From: Candidatus Omnitrophota bacterium
Lineage (GTDB): Bacteria; Omnitrophota; Gorgyraeia; Zapsychrales; Fredricksoniimonadaceae
Assembly (NCBI GenBank): GCA_015228785.1
Contig: JADGCU010000002.1
Coordinates: forward strand, 16,509-80,508
Direction of reading: 5' to 3'
DNA: 64,000 bases
The notes under the pieces were generated by a model, which ran no database searches, was not told the origin of the DNA, and saw only the letters and a list, made by a program, of their open reading frames with translations. Positions 29,704 through 37,909 of this stretch are shown in pieces. How positions within the stretch are numbered: the first letter of the stretch is position 1; each line of letters begins with the position of its first letter. The position numbers and the translations under genes are program-made.

Positions 29704-29964
29704 ATGCGTCTTAAATTAGATCTTCATTCTATCTTTTCGAACGATCGGGCCATTGATCAGGCACTTCATTCCATTATGGAGGAGGCTATTGACAAGCACG
29801 CTGAGTCTGTTGAGATCATTCCCGGTAAGGGTTCGGGACAGCTCAAGAAATCTGTCTTACGATTTTTGGAGAAGAATTATAAAGGACGCTACTCACGGAT
29901 TGAAAAGGATGATAAGAATTTCGGGCGCATCTTTGTTCATTTTAACTGGAATAAATTACGATAA
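29704..29964 (+). CDS. Small Smr-domain protein
   Basis: LDLHS…IPGKGSG…LKKSV is the Smr signature. Start is 1 nt after the ABC-F stop. Confidence 0.6.
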   Translation: MRLKLDLHSIFSNDRAIDQALHSIMEEAIDKHAESVEIIPGKGSGQLKKSVLRFLEKNYKGRYSRIEKDDKNFGRIFVHFNWNKLR

Positions 29965-29984
29965 GTAACAGAAATTTATTGATG

Positions 29985-30021
29985 TAGAAAAGAAAAGACC
30001 TCCTGCAAGGGCAAGAGGTCT
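29985..30021 (-). terminator. Rho-independent terminator for the 26-aa peptide gene; possibly also serves the + strand
   Basis: Stem AGACCTC/GAGGTCT with a T-run on the minus strand. Confidence 0.5.
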
Positions 30022-30041
30022 TCAGGAAGAAAATAGAAAAC

Positions 30042-30122
30042 TTATTTCTTCTTGGCCACTTTCTTAGCAGGGGCTTTTTTGGATGCTTTCTTGGTGCATT
30101 TCTTTGTTGAACAGCAAGACAT
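30042..30122 (-). CDS. Tiny gene encoding a 26-aa Lys/Ala/Cys-rich basic peptide (MSCCSTKKCTKKASKKAPAKKVAKKK)
   Basis: Canonical RBS AAGGAG 6 nt upstream of ATG. TTGCCT-N16-TAGAAT promoter upstream and a hairpin terminator downstream. Not in the ORF track because it is below the length cutoff. Confidence 0.4.
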   Translation of the reverse strand: MSCCSTKKCTKKASKKAPAKKVAKKK

Positions 30123-30195
30123 AGGATTCTCCTTTCTTAAAGTTTGATCAATTCTAGCACAGGGAAACAAAGAGGCAAAAACTTTTTTATAAATG

Positions 30196-30222
30196 AAAAA
30201 CCCCTGATCTTGTTGCCAGGGG
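30196..30222 (-). terminator. Rho-independent terminator for the 16-aa peptide gene
   Basis: Stem CCCCTG/CAGGGG with T5 on the minus strand. Confidence 0.45.
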
Positions 30223-30248
30223 CTTTTCGGACGAATAAAAAGCTCAGC

Positions 30249-30299
30249 TTATTTCTTCTTCTTTGCGACTTTCTTCACAGCTTTCTTTTTGGTAGCCAT
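30249..30299 (-). CDS. Tiny gene encoding a 16-aa Lys-rich peptide (MATKKKAVKKVAKKKK), paralogous to the adjacent 26-aa peptide
   Basis: RBS AAGGAG upstream and an extended -10 (TGTTATTAT) promoter. Shares the KKVAKKK motif with its neighbour. Confidence 0.35.
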   Translation of the reverse strand: MATKKKAVKKVAKKKK

Positions 30300-30510
30300 T
30301 TGTGTCAGTCTCCTTTCCTATGCGAAATGTTATCCATTGAATGTATAATAACACATGGCCTTTGAGTTGTAAAAAATAATCTTTTAAATTTTCTAATTCT
30401 TTGAGGATATTTCTTTTTAGAATTATACTTCTGTCGACGAGAGATAAGGCGGGCGGTAAAAAATAACGTGGCTTCATGAAAAAAAGGCTTTAAAAAGAAG
30501 AAAATTATTT

Positions 30511-31617
30511 ATGAGTTCATCTTCGCTCTATATTCATATTCCTTTTTGCGGAAAGAAGTGTTTGTTTTGTTCTTTTTCAGTAGCTGTGAATCAAGCCAAC
30601 TATGTGAATGCGTATTTGAAAGCTCTCAGGCAAGAAGCTCTACGATATCAAGGAACAAGGCTTTCTACTCTTTATATTGGAGGAGGCACGCCGTCTTTTT
30701 TATCGGAAGAACAGATTGATGCCTTGTTCGTGCTTGTGAGTGAGCAGTTTATGAGGGAGGATGGTTGTGAGGTTACGTTTGAATGTAATCCGGAAAGTGT
30801 TACGGAGAGCAAGGCGCGTCTTTTGCGTCGCTGTGGCGTGACGCGTGTGAGTCTGGGCATTCAGTCTATGAGGGATCGTATTCTAACCTCACTTGGTCGT
30901 GCACATTCTCAAGAAGATGCGGAGAGGGCTTTTTCTTTCCTGCGATCAGCGGGCCATGAGAACATCAGTGTAGATTTTATGTACGGGATGGAAGGGCAGT
31001 CGCATGAAGATATTGATCAAGATCTTGCTGATATGATACGCTTGGGAAGCGAACATGTGTCGATCTATGCGCTCACTGTCGAGGAGCGTAGTCTTCTCTT
31101 TGTACGTAAGGGGCAGACGCCAGGGGCTGGCGATGCTGATCTTTATGAGGGCATCTGTTCTTTCTTGGAGAATGCGGGTATTTCTCAATATGAGATCAGT
31201 AATTTTTCGCGTGCAAGTTTTGAGTCGAGGCATAATATTAATTACTGGCAGGGTGGAGAGTATATCGGTTTGGGTATGGCGGCGCATTCGCATGTGGCCG
31301 GTCGTCGTTTCTGGAATCAAGATACCCTTTCCAAATATTTGAATGCTATTTCGCAGGAAGGGCATGCTGTTGTTGGCGAAGAAAGACTCACGCCAAAGGA
31401 TAAGATGATAGAAGTGCTTCTTTTTTCTCTTCGTATGAATCGTGGGATTAATTTAGATGATTTACAGAAGAGGTTCCATGCGGATATCCCACCCGAGAAG
31501 ATAGAGGTGATGGAAAGTTTTATTGAAATGGGGTTGTTAGAGGAGGACGGGATGGTTCTTCGCACAACAGTACGCGGGCGCAGTGTTCTTGATGAAATTT
31601 CAGCGAGGCTGGTTTAG
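30511..31617 (+). CDS. hemW: Radical SAM haem chaperone HemW (oxygen-independent coproporphyrinogen-III oxidase-like)
   Basis: CGKKCLFC radical SAM cluster motif with HemN/HemW-like length and motifs. Confidence 0.8.
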   Translation: MSSSSLYIHIPFCGKKCLFCSFSVAVNQANYVNAYLKALRQEALRYQGTRLSTLYIGGGTPSFLSEEQIDALFVLVSEQFMREDGCEVTFECNPESVTESKARLLRRCGVTRVSLGIQSMRDRILTSLGRAHSQEDAERAFSFLRSAGHENISVDFMYGMEGQSHEDIDQDLADMIRLGSEHVSIYALTVEERSLLFVRKGQTPGAGDADLYEGICSFLENAGISQYEISNFSRASFESRHNINYWQGGEYIGLGMAAHSHVAGRRFWNQDTLSKYLNAISQEGHAVVGEERLTPKDKMIEVLLFSLRMNRGINLDDLQKRFHADIPPEKIEVMESFIEMGLLEEDGMVLRTTVRGRSVLDEISARLV

Positions 31618-32631
31618 ATGGTCAAAAAAATAATTATATTTGTTCTTATTCTTTTGGGGTGTTTCACCGGCGGGTTACTTTGGATCATTAATGACCCTCG
31701 CCCTTTGTCGAATATGGTGCGCTGGTCTGTTGAACGGGCGATCCCAGGTGTTCGTTTTTCGGAGCTTAAGATTGCGAAGCAGAATTTCTTTTGGCCTGCG
31801 AGGGTCGTCTTTGAGAACGTTTCATGTAGAGCGCAGATTGCGGGTCATTCTTTGGCTGTTAAGGCGAAAACCCTTGAATTCTCGAAATTCGTGTCACTGC
31901 CTTCTTTAAAAAGATCGGTCAATTGTTATTTGTCGGGAGGAGAGGTTGATTTTGAACCAGGCAAGGCACGTGGGCTAACCGCTCAATTGGAAATTTCAGT
32001 TTCAAATAAGGGGGCTACTGTTGTTGCAGGACCGTTAACAGTCGAGGCACTTATGTGGGATAAGATCAAAGCAGGAAAGACGAGTTGTCAGTTGAAGAGC
32101 GATGTCAAATCTGTTGAGTTGAGCGACGTTCGTTCTGAGGCTTACGGGGGCACCATTACGGGGATGGCGCATATGATCATCAAGTCGCTTAGTTATGCGG
32201 TGGATATTAATTTCGATCGACTTCAGACATCAAGGTTGGCAGAATTTAACGAGCAGATAAGCGCTCAGATGGCAGGACGTATTTCAGGGATTGTGCATGT
32301 TACAGGTAATGCCTTGCGCCCTACATTGATTGACGCTGATCTTAAGATGCCTTCGGGGGGGAAAGTCAATGCGGCATTGTTATCAGCGTTAACACAGTAT
32401 TTGCCTAAGTCGCAGGAAAGAGCAAGGTTGGATGTTTTGATCAAGAATGGCGGAAAGCTTGCGGTTGAGGTTTTTTCATTTACAATAAAGAGCAATACAC
32501 CAGATCATTTGTCGGGATTGATTAAGCTTGCCAGTAAAGATGCAAATATTGAGCTTAACTTGACGCATGATATTCTGACTGATGGGACATGGGATGGGTT
32601 GGTTCAGTATTGGCAGACGATTTTTAAATAA
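31618..32631 (+). CDS. Membrane-anchored AsmA-like / YdbH-like protein (short form)
   Basis: N-terminal TM helix. Sits at the first position of a ydbH-ynbE-ydbL-like triad. Similarity is weak. Confidence 0.45.
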   Translation: MVKKIIIFVLILLGCFTGGLLWIINDPRPLSNMVRWSVERAIPGVRFSELKIAKQNFFWPARVVFENVSCRAQIAGHSLAVKAKTLEFSKFVSLPSLKRSVNCYLSGGEVDFEPGKARGLTAQLEISVSNKGATVVAGPLTVEALMWDKIKAGKTSCQLKSDVKSVELSDVRSEAYGGTITGMAHMIIKSLSYAVDINFDRLQTSRLAEFNEQISAQMAGRISGIVHVTGNALRPTLIDADLKMPSGGKVNAALLSALTQYLPKSQERARLDVLIKNGGKLAVEVFSFTIKSNTPDHLSGLIKLASKDANIELNLTHDILTDGTWDGLVQYWQTIFK

Positions 32632-32641
32632 AGGAGAGGGT

Positions 32642-32833
32642 ATGCGACGAACACGATCAAAGGTGTTTTTATTCTTGGCCGCACTGGCTTTGGCCGGATG
32701 TACGGTCAAGGCGGTCGGGGATCCTAATCGGCCGATCACGATCAATGCGCACATTACAATTGATATTAAGGGGTTGCAGAAGACGGCGAGCAACATCGAG
32801 GATATGGTGAGCGGGGGGGCAGAAACAAAATAA
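32642..32833 (+). CDS. ynbE: YnbE-like small lipoprotein
   Basis: Lipobox LAGC then PITINAHITIDIKG, which matches the YnbE signature (PITIN…I…I). RBS AAGGAG. Confidence 0.6.
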   Translation: MRRTRSKVFLFLAALALAGCTVKAVGDPNRPITINAHITIDIKGLQKTASNIEDMVSGGAETK

Positions 32834-32888
32834 CAGGATCGCAGGCTCTTAAGGGCATGAGTTACGGCTAATATTTTAAGGAGGACAT

Positions 32889-33287
32889 ATGAAAAGGTAT
32901 TTGATTTCAATCGTGGTGATGGTCGCTGTGTGTGGCGCGGTGTTCGCGCAGTCGTATGATATCAAGGAAATGACGCCCGCAGTGAAGTCGGCTCTGGAAG
33001 GACGCAAGGCACGTTTTTCAGAATTAAAAGCGCTTAAGTCACAGGGCTTGGTGGGGGAAACGAATCGGGGGTATGTTCAGGTATTTGGTGGTGATTCTAC
33101 CGTGAAGAACTTGGTTGCTTCTGAGAATAAGGATCGCAAAGCTGTTTATCTTGCGATTATCGATCAGAACAATCTTGGCGCCGGAGCACTTGATGCAGTG
33201 GAGAATGTCTTTGCGGGTGTTCAGCGTGATAAGGCGTCATCTGGAGATAAAATCCAGGATGAATCAGGGGAGTGGGGCGTTAAATAG
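32889..33287 (+). CDS. ydbL: YdbL-like periplasmic protein (DUF1318)
   Basis: Signal peptide. The motifs …NRG…, ASENKDRKAVYLAI and a C-terminal GEW… are typical of DUF1318. Confidence 0.6.
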   Translation: MKRYLISIVVMVAVCGAVFAQSYDIKEMTPAVKSALEGRKARFSELKALKSQGLVGETNRGYVQVFGGDSTVKNLVASENKDRKAVYLAIIDQNNLGAGALDAVENVFAGVQRDKASSGDKIQDESGEWGVK

Positions 33288-33313
33288 AGGTAAGCATTTA
33301 TTGGTGTTATTGA

Positions 33314-33349
33314 AAAAGCCCTTTGCGGTTATTCGCAGAGGGTTTTTTA
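33314..33349. terminator. Bidirectional rho-independent terminator
   Basis: Stem CCCTTTGCG/CGCAGAGGG flanked by an A-run and a T-run, between convergent genes. Confidence 0.55.
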
Positions 33350-33434
33350 TTTGGCAAGGATGTTTGTCAAATACCACGAAGCTATTAGGGAGGGTATGAC
33401 GAGTTTAGGCTTTAGGATATTCGTGATAAAGTAG

Positions 33435-34526
33435 TTAGGAAATTTTAATAGTTAGGCCGTTCTTTTCAGCGACATGTTGTGATTGTTGGAAAAGGGTGAA
33501 GAGAGACTCGCCGATAAGGGTGCGGTAAGAAGTGTGCATAGAAAGTGAGCGGAGGATTTTGTCTGCTTCTTTGATGCGTGATTTGACAGCCATGAATGCG
33601 TAGTTAAGGGATCTGGCTTCAATGAGGAGCGTTTTGATCGTTTCAAGGTCTTTTAAGGTCTTCTTGGGTTTATTGAAGATTTTTAGGAAGGTTGAATATT
33701 TCTTGCCTTTCAGAGTACGGGCGGCATGAACGATGAGAAGCGTCTTTTTCTTTTCATCTAAGTCGCTCAGGATAGACTTGCCAATTTTCTTTTCTGTCTC
33801 AAAGAGCCCGATAATATCATCTTGAATTTGAAAAGCTTGTCCAATGAGAAGTCCAAATTGGGAAAGTTTTCTGATCTCGCTTTTTCTTGCGCCTGAGAGG
33901 ATCGCTCCTGTCACGAGAGGGCAGTCAAAGGTGTAGCGTGCGGTTTTTAGCGAATAATTCAAGAAAACATCTTTTTCCCGGATATTTTTCAGTTGATTTA
34001 CACCTTGAACGGTGTCGATAAATTCTCCCATAGCTGTAAAGGCTGCGGTCTGGATGAAATATTTGAGGGCTTGTTCTTTGCGGCGCGGTTCTTCATTGAT
34101 CGATAGAAAAGCATCGATCGCCAGAGCGTAGACGATATCTCCTGCGATGATGGCAAGATCGATCCCCAGTTTATCCTGATCAACGCAGGGGATGGTCTTG
34201 CGCAGGACACGATGCATGGTTGGCTTGCCGCGCCTGAGGTCTGAGCGGTCGATGATATCATCATGGATGAGCATAAAATTGTGCAGGAATTCGATACAAG
34301 TGGAGGCATTGTAAACCGCACGGTTGGGTTTTTTATTTAGGGGGGCGTAGCCTAGGTAGCTTAACAGGAGAAGCAGGGGGCGGATGCGCTTACCCGGGCG
34401 TAAGGAAAATTCGAGGATGCTTTCATAGAGAATGGGATTAATAAGATGCAGCCGGTATTCTTTCTTGATCTGAGTGAGAAAGGTGGCGATGCTGGTATCG
34501 ATCTCTTTGCGTAATTGGTTCAACAT
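33435..34526 (-). CDS. Polyprenyl diphosphate synthase (trans-isoprenyl diphosphate synthase family)
   Basis: First and second aspartate-rich motifs (IHDDIID and IQDDIIG). Confidence 0.8.
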   Translation of the reverse strand: MLNQLRKEIDTSIATFLTQIKKEYRLHLINPILYESILEFSLRPGKRIRPLLLLLSYLGYAPLNKKPNRAVYNASTCIEFLHNFMLIHDDIIDRSDLRRGKPTMHRVLRKTIPCVDQDKLGIDLAIIAGDIVYALAIDAFLSINEEPRRKEQALKYFIQTAAFTAMGEFIDTVQGVNQLKNIREKDVFLNYSLKTARYTFDCPLVTGAILSGARKSEIRKLSQFGLLIGQAFQIQDDIIGLFETEKKIGKSILSDLDEKKKTLLIVHAARTLKGKKYSTFLKIFNKPKKTLKDLETIKTLLIEARSLNYAFMAVKSRIKEADKILRSLSMHTSYRTLIGESLFTLFQQSQHVAEKNGLTIKIS

Positions 34527-34651
34527 GGGAATTATGCTAACACAAGGCGGTCAAAAGTGAAAAGCAAAAAGTGAGAATAGGTCCTTGTTCGCCGAGCTTG
34601 TATGGCTATCGAATTTTGTACTTTTTGTATTTTTCAGTTTTGTGAATTCTG

Positions 34652-34679
34652 TTGACCTTGAGAGGAAAACATTTACAAT
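34652..34679 (+). promoter_or_regulatory. Sigma70-like promoter TTGACC-N16-TACAAT
   Basis: Lies in a 350-nt divergent intergenic region. Confidence 0.4.
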
Positions 34680-34685
34680 CAAATA

Positions 34686-34877
34686 AACCTAAATTTTGCA
34701 TTCCATATTTTTTGTTGAAAGCTCGAGGCAAAAGGGAATGCAGAATTTCCTTCGGCTGCGCCGGAGGCACGGGGTTATTCCTTTCATTCGCAGCTTGTTG
34801 GGAATGAAGGCCTTTCGGGCAGATTTTGTTTCTATCGCAAAATCCGGGATAAAATTGGTGAAATGAGGAGGAAGAAT
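34686..34877 (+). promoter_or_regulatory. Long structured 5' leader, or a candidate cis-regulatory RNA, upstream of the DUF2059 gene
   Basis: Several mutually exclusive stem-loops are possible (GCATTCC…GGAATGC and CCTTTCATTC…GAATGAAGG). It matches no riboswitch class I could recognise by eye. Confidence 0.3.
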
Positions 34878-35615
34878 ATGCGAAATATCTTTTTGGTGCT
34901 GGTCAGCCTTTTTATAGCCATGCCATGTTGGGCGGCCAAGATCTATTTGAACAGTGGATCAATGGTAGAGGGAAAGGTTGTTGAAACGGCGTCTGACTCG
35001 GTAAAAGTTGATGTGGGTGGCGTTCCTGTGACGTATTATAAAGATGAGATCGCCAGAATTGAAGGCGATGATGATGCGGCAAGGGCTCTGGGTCTTGATG
35101 GGGGATCTTCAGGTCAGGCTGAGCCTGTTTCGCAAGCTTCTGATACGCAGGCGGTTGTTCCAGTTGTAGCACCCGTTGCCGATATGCCTCAGGCATCTTC
35201 TCCAGAAGTGGCGCAGGCCGAGTCTCAACAAATCGCACCGGTTCAGGCTTCGAGTATGGTTGCGCCACAAAAAAGGGAACTGATTTTGAAATTTATTGAT
35301 GCGTTTGGAACCCGTCAGGCCATGGTTTCTAATTTTGCGCAGATGTTAACGCAATTGCCTGCTGATCAGGCTGAGAAGCTACGCGGGATTTTCAGCGTTG
35401 ATGCGATCATTCAAGAACTGGTTCCGGTTTACGATAGGCATTTTTCGGAAGCAGAGCTTACGTCCTTTATTAATTTCTATTCTTCTGTGGAAGGGCGGAA
35501 GTTGGTGTCCACTGTTCCGCAAATTATGAAAGAAAGTGTTGATGTGAGCGCGAAATATTTTGAGGCCCGCATGCCAGAGGAGCTGAAGAACCTTCCTGCG
35601 CCTAAAGCAAAATAA
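34878..35615 (+). CDS. Secreted DUF2059-domain protein
   Basis: Signal peptide, a low-complexity A/P/Q/S linker and a C-terminal DUF2059-like region (…FINFYSS.EGRKL…). RBS AGGAGG before ATG 34878. Confidence 0.55.
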   Translation: MRNIFLVLVSLFIAMPCWAAKIYLNSGSMVEGKVVETASDSVKVDVGGVPVTYYKDEIARIEGDDDAARALGLDGGSSGQAEPVSQASDTQAVVPVVAPVADMPQASSPEVAQAESQQIAPVQASSMVAPQKRELILKFIDAFGTRQAMVSNFAQMLTQLPADQAEKLRGIFSVDAIIQELVPVYDRHFSEAELTSFINFYSSVEGRKLVSTVPQIMKESVDVSAKYFEARMPEELKNLPAPKAK

Positions 35616-35640
35616 TTTCATTTTAAATGTTTTTACAAGA

Positions 35641-35678
35641 ACGTAAGCCCATGTAAATCATGGGCTTACGTATTTATA
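35641..35678 (+). terminator. Rho-independent terminator
   Basis: 13-bp stem ACGTAAGCCCATG/CATGGGCTTACGT followed by a T-rich tail. Confidence 0.55.
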
Positions 35679-35780
35679 GGCAGATTTAGTTTGATTTTAT
35701 TATATTATTTTGTTATATTAATGCCTCTTTTCATAAGCTTTATATGTAACCATATATCAATTCCACAAAGGAGATAAGGT

Positions 35781-37076
35781 ATGATCGATAGGTATACACT
35801 TTCAAAGATGGGGCGTATTTGGTCTGAGCAGCATAAGCTTGAGATCATGCTCCAAATCGAGGTTCTGGCCTGTGAGGCCATGTGTCAGTTAGGAAAAATC
35901 CCCAAGCCTGCTCTTGAAAAGATCAAAAAGAATGCAAAGTTTGACTTAGATGAGGTCAAGCGCATTGAAGAGCGGACCAGACACGATGTTGTGGCATTTA
36001 TTCACAATGTTGGCGAGAATCTTGGTCCTGAAGCGCAATATCTTCATATGGGCATGACATCCTCTGATCTTCTGGATACATCCATGTCCGTTCAGTGTTG
36101 GGAGGCGTCGGAAATTCTTATTAATGATACGAAAAAGCTTTTGGCTGTTCTTAAGGCTAAGGCCAAGAAATATAAGGATACAGTTTGCATCGCGCGGACC
36201 CATGGCGTTCATGCGGAACCCATGACCTTTGGATTGAAGCTGGCTCTTTGGTACGATGAAATGCGCAGGAATTTGGCTCGTCTTGAGGCCGCTGCCGAGG
36301 ATATGCGCGTCGGAAAACTTTCTGGCGCCGTGGGGACATATGCGAATGTGGATCCCTTTGTCGAGGAATATGTCTGCCAGAAGATGAATCTTAAGGCCGC
36401 GAATATTGCGACTCAAGTCATCCAGCGCGATCATCATGCCAATTACATGAATGTGTTGGCGTTAGTAGGCGCGTCTTTGAACAAGTTTGCGACCGAGATC
36501 CGCCTTTTACAGAAAACCGAGGTTCTCGAGGTTGAGGAACCTTTTTTCAAGGGTCAGATCGGGTCTTCTGCCATGCCGCATAAGCGTAATCCTGTGACAT
36601 GTGAACGTATTTCCGGGTTGTCGAGGATCCTTAAGGCCAATGCCTCTGTGGCCCTTGATAATATTGCGTTGTGGCATGAGCGTGATATCAGTCATAGCTC
36701 GGCTGAACGCGTTATTATTCCAGATTCAACGATCGCTCTGGATTATATGTTGAACAAATTCATCCCGCTTATTGACGGGCTTTTGGTTTATCCGAAGAAT
36801 ATGATCAGTAGTCTCCAGACGACCCGTGGGCTCATTTATTCGCAGCGTTGTCTCCTGGAGCTTATGAAGAAAGGCGTGACCCGTACGGAAGCGTATGATG
36901 TGATCCAGAGTTGTGCTATGCAGGTTTGGCAGGAGACATCTGATTTTCGGGATGTTCTCAGCCGCGATCGGCGTGTGCGCAAATTCATGAGCAAGGAAGA
37001 GATCGATGCCTGCTTTGATATCAAGTATTACATCAAGCACCGGGATTATATCTTTAAAAGGGTTGGGATTAAATAA
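35781..37076 (+). CDS. purB: Adenylosuccinate lyase
   Basis: Full-length PurB similarity, including the GSSAMPHKRNP signature. Confidence 0.9.
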   Translation: MIDRYTLSKMGRIWSEQHKLEIMLQIEVLACEAMCQLGKIPKPALEKIKKNAKFDLDEVKRIEERTRHDVVAFIHNVGENLGPEAQYLHMGMTSSDLLDTSMSVQCWEASEILINDTKKLLAVLKAKAKKYKDTVCIARTHGVHAEPMTFGLKLALWYDEMRRNLARLEAAAEDMRVGKLSGAVGTYANVDPFVEEYVCQKMNLKAANIATQVIQRDHHANYMNVLALVGASLNKFATEIRLLQKTEVLEVEEPFFKGQIGSSAMPHKRNPVTCERISGLSRILKANASVALDNIALWHERDISHSSAERVIIPDSTIALDYMLNKFIPLIDGLLVYPKNMISSLQTTRGLIYSQRCLLELMKKGVTRTEAYDVIQSCAMQVWQETSDFRDVLSRDRRVRKFMSKEEIDACFDIKYYIKHRDYIFKRVGIK

Positions 37077-37103
37077 GACGAAGAATTGAAAAGGGAGTTT
37101 CCT

Positions 37104-37811
37104 ATGGAAAAGAGAGAAAAACTCTACGAAGGCAAAGCCAAGATCATGTACGCGACGGATGATGCGGATCTTGTGATCCAGTATTTTAAGGATGACGCGA
37201 CGGCGTTTAATGCCAAGAAAAAGGGGACAATTGATGAAAAGGGGATCATGAACAATGCGATCTCTTGCAAGGTATTTGAGTTTCTTGGCGCGAACGGGAT
37301 CCCAACGCATCTGGTCAAGAAGCTTTCGGATCGCGAGATGTTGGTGAAGAAGGTCGAGATCGTCCCGGTGGAGGTCATTATTCGCAATCGCGCTGCAGGT
37401 TCGTTGTGCCGTAATTATGGGGTGCAGGAAGGCAAGATCCTTTCCCGGCCGATTTTTGAGTTCTGTTACAAGAATGATGCGTTCAATGATCCTCTCATGA
37501 ATGAAGATCACGTGGTTGGCCTAGGGCTCGCGACCGAGAAAGAGGTCGCTCGCATGCGTGAGCTTACGATGAAGGTGAACGAGCTTATGAAGAAGTTCTT
37601 TCTCGCGCTTAATATCGAGCTTATTGATTTCAAGATTGAGTTCGGTCGATTTAAGGGGGAGATTATTTTGGCGGATGAAGTGTCCCCTGATACCTGTCGT
37701 TTATGGGAGGTTGGGACGGGCGTACGTTTGGACAAGGATCGTTTTCGTCAGGATTTGGGGAATATTAAAGAAGGTTATCAGGAAGTTTTAAAGAGAGTTA
37801 CTGGAAAATAA
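37104..37811 (+). CDS. purC: SAICAR synthetase
   Basis: LYEGKAK…VEIVPVEVIIRN is the PurC signature. Start at ATG 37104 with a GGGAG RBS. Confidence 0.9.
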   Translation: MEKREKLYEGKAKIMYATDDADLVIQYFKDDATAFNAKKKGTIDEKGIMNNAISCKVFEFLGANGIPTHLVKKLSDREMLVKKVEIVPVEVIIRNRAAGSLCRNYGVQEGKILSRPIFEFCYKNDAFNDPLMNEDHVVGLGLATEKEVARMRELTMKVNELMKKFFLALNIELIDFKIEFGRFKGEIILADEVSPDTCRLWEVGTGVRLDKDRFRQDLGNIKEGYQEVLKRVTGK

Positions 37812-37827
37812 ATCGGTCAGACCAAAT

Positions 37828-37876
37828 CGTGAGAAGGGGACGTAAACGCCATAAGGGTTGCGTTCTGCTTCTCACG
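37828..37876 (+). promoter_or_regulatory. Stem-loop structure in the purC-purL intergenic region
   Basis: CGTGAGAAG…CTTCTCACG (9-bp arms) with an inner helix. Possibly an attenuator or processing site. Confidence 0.3.
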
Positions 37877-37909
37877 TCTTACGTCTCACCTTACATAAAG
37901 CATTCATAT

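Noticed and set aside
35616-35780. Purine riboswitch expected upstream of purB.
   Set aside because: The leader is AT-rich and lacks the conserved purine-aptamer P1/J2-3 elements. Only a generic promoter is seen.
36726-37511. 261-aa ORF on the minus strand antisense to purB/purC. Similar long antisense ORFs occur at 25314..26048, 38507..39256, 47319..48203, 12367..12762, 15540..16073 and 8544..9056.
   Set aside because: They lie entirely inside well-supported + strand genes. They have no RBS context and their composition is low-complexity or biased. They are typical shadow ORFs.
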